A stretch of DNA of 64,000 nt from Alphaproteobacteria bacterium. GTDB lineage: Bacteria > Pseudomonadota > Alphaproteobacteria > RF32 > CAG-239. A program made the position numbers and the translations under genes. Shown one piece after another: positions 57,750 through 64,000 of this stretch. The notes under the pieces were generated by a model, which worked only from the letters and a program-made list of their open reading frames with translations, was not told the DNA's origin and searched no databases. The stretch spans positions 1,672-65,671 of the forward strand of contig JAZLEQ010000010.1 in NCBI GenBank assembly GCA_045615365.1. The letters are read 5' to 3'. Position 1 is the first letter of the stretch, and every line of letters begins with the position of its first letter.

Positions 57750-58346
57750 TTAGTTGAAATTGTATTCTTTTTCCCAATTTTGCTGCTTAATATTATATTG
57801 AGCAGGTTTCTGTTCCTTTACAGGTGCTTTTACCACTTCTTGTGCTACAATAGGTTTAGCAACATCAACTACTGGTGGTGTAACTCTTGGCATTCTTGCT
57901 CTTTGGTTTCTTCTCTCTCTTCTGCTTTGATATTCTGTAATTAGGCTTTCAGCAATGGATTTATCATACTTTCCATTCACTATTTCCTTACCTAATTGGT
58001 TTAGACAAGCAACTTTTTGCTCATTTGAATAGCATTCTGTTGCTTGATATCCAAGAGTGATTATTGTTTTAGAACCTGCTCTCAATGAAATAATTTTCTT
58101 TGCTTCATTGAACATTTTCTTCATACAACTGCTTCTATCCCAATCATTTGCTCTATAATGCTCTAAATTGAACACCAAATTGTCTAATATCTGTTTTTTG
58201 GTATCAACAAATAGCAATAATGCTCTATCTTCATCTGTTGAAATAACATTGAAGCTAAATGGTTGCTGAACTTGTGGAATAGTCATATTAGTGTTTACTT
58301 GGTTTTCCATTGGATTTAAATTATATACTGCACTATTTTCTGTCAT
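57750..58346 (-). CDS. hypothetical protein
   Basis: 198 aa with a basic, Pro/Val-rich C-terminal tail (RRERRNQRARMPRVTPPVVDVAKP). No motif recognised. Confidence 0.5.
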   Translation of the reverse strand: MTENSAVYNLNPMENQVNTNMTIPQVQQPFSFNVISTDEDRALLLFVDTKKQILDNLVFNLEHYRANDWDRSSCMKKMFNEAKKIISLRAGSKTIITLGYQATECYSNEQKVACLNQLGKEIVNGKYDKSIAESLITEYQSRRERRNQRARMPRVTPPVVDVAKPIVAQEVVKAPVKEQKPAQYNIKQQNWEKEYNFN

Positions 58347-58389
58347 TTTAATACCCTTTCCATTTAAAGATTTAAGTTTATTTTTAATT

Positions 58390-58421
58390 GGTTATCAATG
58401 ACTTTGTCATCAATAACTTGC
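58390..58421. promoter_or_regulatory. degenerate copy of the cassette operator in the divergent 57750/58535 promoter region
   Basis: GGTTATCAATGACTTTGTCATCAATAACTTGC shares GTCA(T)CAA(T/C)AACTTGC with the palindromes at 59076 and 59578. An inverted TGAAACC-N3-TGAAACT pair lies at 58482-58498. Confidence 0.4.
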
Positions 58422-58534
58422 CCTGAATGTAGAATGCTTTTAATTTATAGTCTAGGAACCTACTTTTTCTTTAATTTATTGGGTTTCACTCAGTTTCAAA
58501 TGATAAATACTTATGAATCACCATAAGGAATGAT

Positions 58535-58900
58535 ATGAAAAACATATTAGAATCAATAAAAACACAGAATAAAATAAGAGGAATCAACAAATATACAAAT
58601 CAGTTAATATCAGCAGATGAAACACTCAATTTCATTCTGAAATGCTACAAAATAGTATCTGAAAACTTTAAAATTGTTAATTCCCAATATGATTTCTCTA
58701 AAATATTTTTGGATTGCAACAAATATTATTATGGTAAGATAAAATGTGAAAAAAAATCTCCAAGTCTAAATTGTATAGCAACCTTGATAAAAAATCTAAA
58801 AGCACTTCAAGGTTCATCATTTAACAATGATGCTATAAAAGAAATTGATAACCTATATTTAGAGGGTAAAAACATAATATATAAAAAACTTTTACTCTAA
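58535..58900 (+). CDS. hypothetical protein
   Basis: 121 aa. No motif recognised. Followed by the first GCACAGAA hairpin terminator. Confidence 0.5.
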   Translation: MKNILESIKTQNKIRGINKYTNQLISADETLNFILKCYKIVSENFKIVNSQYDFSKIFLDCNKYYYGKIKCEKKSPSLNCIATLIKNLKALQGSSFNNDAIKEIDNLYLEGKNIIYKKLLL

Positions 58901-58961
58901 AATGGATAAACACTGATGTAATCAATATACTGTTTTAAGAACTTTCATAATTTTTCCCACT

Positions 58962-59147
58962 GCACAGAATCTTCCCTTCTGTGCTTTTTTTTATTATGAA
59001 ACCCTTTGAAACCATAAAAAATAAATGCCATTCTCCTTTGTAGCTTATTCCTAAAAACCATTCTATATGTGAGGTCAAGTTGTTGATGTCAACAACTTGC
59101 AAATTTTAACAATTAATTTTAAATTAGGAGTAAAAAAATGAATGATA
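58962..59147 (+). repeat. intergenic cassette copy A: terminator hairpin + TGAAACC x2 + 11-bp-arm palindrome + promoter/SD + ATGAATGAT
   Basis: GCACAGAA-N7-TTCTGTGC-T8 (58962-58992). TGAAACC at 58997 and 59007. CAAGTTGTTGA-TG-TCAACAACTTG at 59076-59099 (perfect). The copy extends into the first three codons. Confidence 0.85.
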
Positions 59148-59443
59148 CAAAAAAATTTTTAGAAGAATGGATAAATGATGCTTCAACAGATAACAAAACC
59201 AAAGAATGGTTAAATGAATGGGTGAATAATGCCCCTATTAAAAACAATACCAAAGAATGGTTGGAAAATTGGATAAAAAATTCCACAAATGAAAATAAAA
59301 CCCAAGAATGGTTAAAAAATTGGGTCAAAAATGCTCCAATTGAAAACAAAACAAAAGAATGGATGAAAGAATGGGTTAAAAAAGCACCAGTTGAATCTCA
59401 AACTAAACAATGGTTAGAAAGTTGGGTTAATTCTTCTAAATAG
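59138..59443 (+). CDS. Trp-rich tandem-repeat protein (5 x 17 aa, TKEWLxxWVxNAPxxNx)
   Basis: 101 aa. Repeats start at T21, T38, T55, T72 and T89, giving a 51-bp DNA period over 59198-59440. The antisense ORF 59119..59349 is a repeat artefact. Confidence 0.6.
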   Translation: MNDTKKFLEEWINDASTDNKTKEWLNEWVNNAPIKNNTKEWLENWIKNSTNENKTQEWLKNWVKNAPIENKTKEWMKEWVKKAPVESQTKQWLESWVNSSK

Positions 59444-59465
59444 TAAATATTTTCATCATAAAAAG

Positions 59466-59649
59466 GCACAGAATCTCCCACTTCTGTGCTTTTTTTATGA
59501 TGAAACCAGCTGAAACTCAATAAAAATATCTAAATTGAGTGAAATTGTGTTCTTCTATTTTTTTTATATGCTGAGGGCAAGTTGTTGATGTCAGCAACTT
59601 GTAAATTTTAACAATTAATTTTAAATTAGGATAAAAATAATGAATGATA
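59466..59649 (+). repeat. intergenic cassette copy B (same module order as copy A)
   Basis: GCACAGAA-N8-TTCTGTGC-T7 (59466-59496). TGAAACC and TGAAACT at 59501 and 59511. CAAGTTGTTGATGTCAGCAACTTG at 59578-59601 (one mismatch). Shares TTTTAACAATTAATTTTAAATTAGGA with copy A, followed by ATGAATGAT at the gene start. Confidence 0.85.
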
Positions 59650-60044
59650 TAATTTTTATAAAAAAATCTGATTTTGATGAATTAGTTAAATGGTTAAAAG
59701 CAGTTTACAAGAGAAATGATGCTTTTGATAATTCTGAAACTGAACCTAGTAAATACAGCCAAAAAGGCAACTATATTAAAATAAGGGAAAAATATTTTCT
59801 ATGTGTAGATTGGATTGAAGGATTTGATATAGAATATTGGGAAGAAGACAAAAATTATGGTTGTGTTGTTTCAGATGAAGAAGAATGTAAAGATTTGAGA
59901 TTATGTCTTGCTTGTGGAGAAGAAGAATATGGTTATTATTGGGATTATATTTTTAAACAAGATGCTGAATCAGATATTTCTGCTTTATTAAAAATTTCTA
60001 ATATTAATGTTGCACAAACAGAAGAAGAAGAAAAAAAGCAATAG
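59640..60044 (+). CDS. hypothetical acidic protein
   Basis: 134 aa, Glu/Asp/Trp/Tyr-rich with CLACGEEE. No motif recognised. Confidence 0.5.
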   Translation: MNDIIFIKKSDFDELVKWLKAVYKRNDAFDNSETEPSKYSQKGNYIKIREKYFLCVDWIEGFDIEYWEEDKNYGCVVSDEEECKDLRLCLACGEEEYGYYWDYIFKQDAESDISALLKISNINVAQTEEEEKKQ

Positions 60045-60117
60045 ATTTAGATGAAATAGTAAACTTTGATTGGTATTGATAATATCAATTATTGCTTCAG
60101 CAATCCCATAATGAAAA

Positions 60118-60146
60118 GCACAGAACTTCCACATTCTGTGCTTTTT
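60118..60146 (+). terminator. third copy of the GCACAGAA/TTCTGTGC hairpin terminator
   Basis: GCACAGAA-CTTCCACA-TTCTGTGC followed by T5. Confidence 0.8.
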
Positions 60147-60334
60147 CTTTACATTCCATCACTAATTATATCTTTAAATCTATTGAAGAAGTTGATGATT
60201 TTTTCCAATACTGTTGCTCTTTTTGCCCCTCTATCATTATTTTTGGTGAATAAAGATACTGGTGGCAATATTTTATTGATTGCTATTCTAAATGAGTATT
60301 AATAGCAAAAATATGTATAATTTTTATATAAAAA

Positions 60335-60365
60335 GCACAGAATCCCTCATATTCAGTGCTTTTTA
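60335..60365. terminator. fourth, degenerate copy of the hairpin (bidirectional; ends the 60390 gene)
   Basis: GCACAGAAT-CCCTCAT-ATTCAGTGC (one mismatch) with T-runs on both strands. Confidence 0.65.
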
Positions 60366-60389
60366 TTTTAGATAGATATTATTATAATA

Positions 60390-63221
60390 TTATTTGAGAG
60401 AATCTAAATATTCATCAGTGTAAATATCTTCAAAAATTCCTTTTAAACCAACAGGATTAACTGAAATAATTTCTGTGTATGGATAATATTGTTGTGCAAA
60501 TAGTTTAAATTTTTTATACAATGGAATTAATTTATTTGGATATAGTATATTTTTATTATTTCCTTCAAAATAGCCACTATTATTTGTATCTGCACCAACT
60601 AAATATATTCTTCTAGGATTGGTCCAGAGAGCAAATTGTAATGCTGGGAAAACTATTGTTCCTCCACAACCTAAAGATTGAACAGATAAATCATAAGCAA
60701 ATTCAGTTTTGAAATTAGAAATATCTTCCCAATCTGTTCTATATGAATAAGCATTTGCTGATAATCTTATACTTTCAGGTATGGTTCTGTAAGGTTCTAT
60801 ATTTTCACTAGTTAGACCATAAAATTTTGTACAATCTAATTTATTAATTTCATCAATATATCCAGAAGTTGTTCCACTAAAATCTTGAATAAAAAGATAA
60901 TCTAATTTTATTTTATGGGCAGTAAATGATTTATTTACACCAATATATATACAATCATTTATGGGGGTAAAGTATTGTAGAGTAGGACCTGAAGCTAAAA
61001 TAACAATATCTTTTCCTTGATGTTTATTTTTAAATTGAGGAAATGTTAATTGATGCATCATCATTGTTGAAAGTTTTTTTTCAATAAGTCTATTCAAAAA
61101 TAATTTCAAATCATCAAAATGAGATTTTAAATCATTAGCATTTTTATAATTATTCTGCATTTTATTTTCATAAAACCATTTTTTATATAATGGTCTTTGT
61201 ATATTATGAGCAGAATCTGCACAACAATTTATATTAGCTAAATATTTTTTATCATATCCAGAATTAGCATCAAATAATATATTTAACCACTGAACTATAA
61301 AATCTTCATTTATAGTTAAAATATCAGAAAAATATTTTTCTATTTGCTTAGAAAAAAGAATACTATATTCAGATATTAGCTTATACCTATCTATTCTTTC
61401 ATACTCATCATTTGTAATATGAGATTTGTATATAATTTTATTGTTTTCTAATCTTAACATAGGTGGTTCTGGACTTGTCATAATATATTCTACTATATCC
61501 CAAGTTGCTATATGTTTATGGTTTGGATAAGAACTAAAAGTTTGAATACCAAAAGCATCAATATATTGTTGGGCTTCATATAAACATATCCAGAAAAATG
61601 ATGTTATCTTGCTCTGAGGAAAAACAGATTTTAACAGCTTGATTGAAGAACCTGCACCAGTTATTGTATCAACTATTGCAATCTTTTTGCCTTTTATATT
61701 CTGCTTTTTTATATATTGTTTATATTCTGTAAATTGTTTTTTACATAATTTATCAAATTTTTGATAATTATTTTTTACAAATTCTCTAGCTGCATCTTCA
61801 CTATGTAAGATATAAGAAGCTCTTTTTATTTCTTCATCAATCTCCTTGAATGCATCTATTAGGGATAGGCATCTATTATCTTTTATTGCATCATCCAAAC
61901 AACAATTTATAAATAATTGCCTAGAAGCATATATATAGTGTGTCTTTATATTTTTAATTTTGAATAATTTAAATATTTTTTCTAGAGTATAGCCATCTCT
62001 TGCTACAAAAATGATATCATCTATGTGTTTGTTGGTTATTTGTTTTTCAATCCATTTTAAATACCAGTAACAAACAGGGCCTCCATATTCAAAACCAAAT
62101 CTTTTCCAATAACTAATTTCTCTATTTTGATGATTAAATATTGCTAAACTCATTAGTAGTATAGAAGCTTCAAAACTTTTATTATCATTCCAAAAAATTT
62201 TTGCCTTAATATTTCTAGAAAAGAAAATATCACTAACCTTTTTATAATAAAATCCAGATATACCCAAACTCACAGGTTTATTATAATCTGATGACAAATT
62301 ATCTCCAATATGCAGAATATCTTGTGGTAATGCTTGTAAATCTTTTAAAATATAATTAAAAAGAGTTTTTCCTTTTCCTTTTTGAACATCAGATGAAACA
62401 TAAAGTCTGTTATATCCCTTAAATCCATTTTTTTGTAATGCTTTTTCTAAAAATTCTGTATGTAAATACATATCAGAAGTGATAATTACTGTTTTATTTT
62501 GCTTAATAGCATAATTAAACACATCTAACATTTCAAAATTGGGCATCAATACTTTTAGCTCAAGATTCTGTTCTTTGTCTTTCATATGCTTTAAATTGTT
62601 GGGAATTTGCTCATAAATATCATCAATAGTGATATCCTCTTTATGATAATTAACTTTTCTTGCTGTTTTTTCTGCTTTTATTCTTATTTCTTTAAAATTA
62701 TCAATATTATTTAGTTTTCCTAAATGTTCAAATAAATCTGTAGGGCAAATATAAGGTCTTAATAGAAGAGTGTCAAAAATATCAAATGATATTATATTGT
62801 GTTTATCAATTTGTTGTTTCATACATTGAATATCATTATATGATTCTTTTGATATATTATTAATAATATTAATTTTATTATTAGATATATTGTTGGTTTT
62901 ATCTTTTTTTCCATATAATTCATAATGCAATAAAGGGGGAATTCCTAATTTATATACTTCTAAATGTTTTCTTAAATATTCATTACCATCAAAAATTGGG
63001 GTGCAATCTCTATTTTCTTTCCATCCATATTGTAAATAATGTGTTATAGCATCAATTTTTGCAAGTTTTACATCTTCATTATGAAGTAAATAATAATCAA
63101 TATCAAAATATTTTGAATTTTTGATGATTAAATAATTTCTTTGGTTTGTTATTTTTTGTAATTTTTCTTTAGAAATAAGATGAAATAATTTTAGTATTTT
63201 ATATAAATGGTATTTAAACAT
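60390..63221 (-). CDS. multidomain glycan-modification protein (HAD-like hydrolase + DUF115/MptE(Maf)-like C-terminal domain)
   Basis: 943 aa. N-terminal YFDIDYYLLHNEDV...HYLQYGWKENR repeats are common in polysaccharide enzymes. HAD motif I is ISFDIFDTLLLRPY. The C-terminal GKDIVILASGPTL...IGVN...LFIQD resembles DUF115. Confidence 0.5.
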   Translation of the reverse strand: MFKYHLYKILKLFHLISKEKLQKITNQRNYLIIKNSKYFDIDYYLLHNEDVKLAKIDAITHYLQYGWKENRDCTPIFDGNEYLRKHLEVYKLGIPPLLHYELYGKKDKTNNISNNKINIINNISKESYNDIQCMKQQIDKHNIISFDIFDTLLLRPYICPTDLFEHLGKLNNIDNFKEIRIKAEKTARKVNYHKEDITIDDIYEQIPNNLKHMKDKEQNLELKVLMPNFEMLDVFNYAIKQNKTVIITSDMYLHTEFLEKALQKNGFKGYNRLYVSSDVQKGKGKTLFNYILKDLQALPQDILHIGDNLSSDYNKPVSLGISGFYYKKVSDIFFSRNIKAKIFWNDNKSFEASILLMSLAIFNHQNREISYWKRFGFEYGGPVCYWYLKWIEKQITNKHIDDIIFVARDGYTLEKIFKLFKIKNIKTHYIYASRQLFINCCLDDAIKDNRCLSLIDAFKEIDEEIKRASYILHSEDAAREFVKNNYQKFDKLCKKQFTEYKQYIKKQNIKGKKIAIVDTITGAGSSIKLLKSVFPQSKITSFFWICLYEAQQYIDAFGIQTFSSYPNHKHIATWDIVEYIMTSPEPPMLRLENNKIIYKSHITNDEYERIDRYKLISEYSILFSKQIEKYFSDILTINEDFIVQWLNILFDANSGYDKKYLANINCCADSAHNIQRPLYKKWFYENKMQNNYKNANDLKSHFDDLKLFLNRLIEKKLSTMMMHQLTFPQFKNKHQGKDIVILASGPTLQYFTPINDCIYIGVNKSFTAHKIKLDYLFIQDFSGTTSGYIDEINKLDCTKFYGLTSENIEPYRTIPESIRLSANAYSYRTDWEDISNFKTEFAYDLSVQSLGCGGTIVFPALQFALWTNPRRIYLVGADTNNSGYFEGNNKNILYPNKLIPLYKKFKLFAQQYYPYTEIISVNPVGLKGIFEDIYTDEYLDSLK

Positions 63222-63231
63222 AGTTCTTTCC

Positions 63232-64000
63232 TTATATTAGTTTCTTGTGACAAACAGGTATTTTGCATATTTTTATAAGCAAATGATTGCTTTTGGTTAT
63301 TTTTTTTTGATAGAAAAAATGCTGAATTTTTAAAGATGTTCTATTAATTATAAAATTGTTGTTTTTATCAAATCCTTTAATTTGATAACCTTTTGCTATA
63401 ACAAGACATCCAAAAACTCTTTCTAAAATATGAGCCAATGTTCCATCTTTTATCCTGCCATTAGTTGGGGCAAAATCTTCTAATTTAAAATTATCTTTTA
63501 TTTGTTGTAGTATAGAGCTCCTTATCATAAACATTGTTCCAGCAACAAATGTTATAGTATTTGGAACAATATTTTCTAATTGTTTCATAATATTCAGAAC
63601 ACCTATACTTACTGCTTTTGAATTTTTAATACTTGATGTAATTAAATATTTTGAAGCTACCATTCCCAACTTTGGCAGTCTATTAAATGCCTCTAAATTT
63701 TTTTGGAATAATTTTTTATTACCTAATACACCTTCAAATAGTAATTTTGACCAATATTTTCTGCTTACATAATGGTGATTTATTAAAGTATCCAATCCTA
63801 TTTTATTTTTAGTATGAAGTTTGATGATAATGTCATAATTATTTAAATTTATTTGATGTAAAAAATATATAAAAGGACCAACATCATATCCTCTGTTTTC
63901 AACAATAAAAATTGTGGAATCTTTGTGAAATTGTTTAATTTTTTTTATTATTTCAGGATTATTTTGGATAAGAGTAATATATAAATGGTAAGGATATTCT
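63232..64000 (-). CDS. RgpF (rhamnan synthesis protein F)-like glycosyltransferase; 5' end beyond the window
   Basis: The frame stays open upstream of the track's TTG start to the window edge (own translation: ...EYPYHLYITLIQNNPEIIKKIKQFHKDSTIFIVENRGYDVGPFIYFLHQ...). ENRGYDVGPF and FVAGTMFMIRS...DGTLAHILERVFG are RgpF-like. Confidence 0.6.
   Translation of the reverse strand, partial: EYPYHLYITLIQNNPEIIKKIKQFHKDSTIFIVENRGYDVGPFIYFLHQINLNNYDIIIKLHTKNKIGLDTLINHHYVSRKYWSKLLFEGVLGNKKLFQKNLEAFNRLPKLGMVASKYLITSSIKNSKAVSIGVLNIMKQLENIVPNTITFVAGTMFMIRSSILQQIKDNFKLEDFAPTNGRIKDGTLAHILERVFGCLVIAKGYQIKGFDKNNNFIINRTSLKIQHFFYQKKITKSNHLLIKICKIPVCHKKLI

Noticed and set aside
59119-59349. 76-aa minus-strand ORF antisense to the Trp-rich repeat gene
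   Set aside because: It is open only because the 51-bp repeat lacks stops in that frame. The plus-strand gene has the conserved cassette Shine-Dalgarno/ATG and a terminator.
60066-60302. 78-aa TTG-initiated ORF
   Set aside because: It reads straight through the 60118-60146 terminator hairpin, has no Shine-Dalgarno, and its product is hydrophobic low-complexity. It is judged non-coding.
58962-60365. CRISPR array or integron attC array as explanation for the four GCACAGAA...TTCTGTGC repeats
   Set aside because: The repeats are about 220-650 bp apart with ORFs and promoters between them, and each is a hairpin plus T-run (a terminator). There are no cas genes, no tyrosine IntI integrase, and no GTTRRRY/RYYYAAC core sites.

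Overview
64-kb window from an AT-rich diderm (LPS-exporting) bacterium. Gene content and order (split PntAA/PntAB/PntB, rimP-nusA-ylxR-infB, lptD-surA-rsmA, AsmA-like protein, MCE/Mla-type transporter) look alphaproteobacterium-like. A HydABC-type [FeFe] hydrogenase suggests an anaerobic lifestyle. Taxonomy is inference only. Positions 1-41.1 kb are ordinary, densely packed housekeeping genes: galU fragment, asmA-like, cdd-punA-deoC-deoA nucleoside catabolism operon, split chrA, pntAA-AB-B, MCE ABC transporter, pgk, gap, hlyIII, infB-ylxR-nusA-rimP, lptG, cysK, gmk, yicC, SDR, ampG, hydABC, lptF-lptD-surA-rsmA, gpsA. A tRNA-Ser(GGA) at 41141-41231 marks an abrupt switch to visibly AT-richer accessory DNA that runs to the window end, in four blocks. 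(i) 41.3-54.7 kb is an integrative island. It carries a large serine recombinase with a DUF2924 partner, a GIY-YIG protein, an XRE regulator and an orphan phage packaging module (ParB-domain DNA methyltransferase, DUF5681 small-terminase-like protein, TerL). It also carries a Fic protein with an in-frame 4x12-bp repeat, and a Hachiman (hamA-hamB) defence locus followed by an uncharacterised co-oriented nuclease-like gene. (ii) 54.7-55.5 kb is a non-coding junction. It holds repeated CAGGGAAT boxes, a small-RNA candidate bounded by a promoter and a terminator, a 110-nt GC-rich stem-closed element, a bidirectional terminator and the 3' half of a tRNA-Gly(GCC), probably an old att scar. (iii) 55.5-60.4 kb holds a small serine recombinase with a three-dyad res-like site, a pentapeptide-repeat/HTH/CBS-pair protein of unusual architecture, and orphan small genes separated by a repeated terminator-operator-promoter cassette. 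(iv) 60.4-64 kb holds glycan-modification genes. No rRNA, CRISPR array or IS transposase was seen. The best candidates for undescribed biology are the hamAB+ORF266 trio, the Fic/ORF121 pair, the pentapeptide-HTH-CBS gene, the cassette regulon at 58.4-60.4 kb and the structured GC-rich element at 54998-55107. All family calls come from motifs read by eye; no database search was possible.
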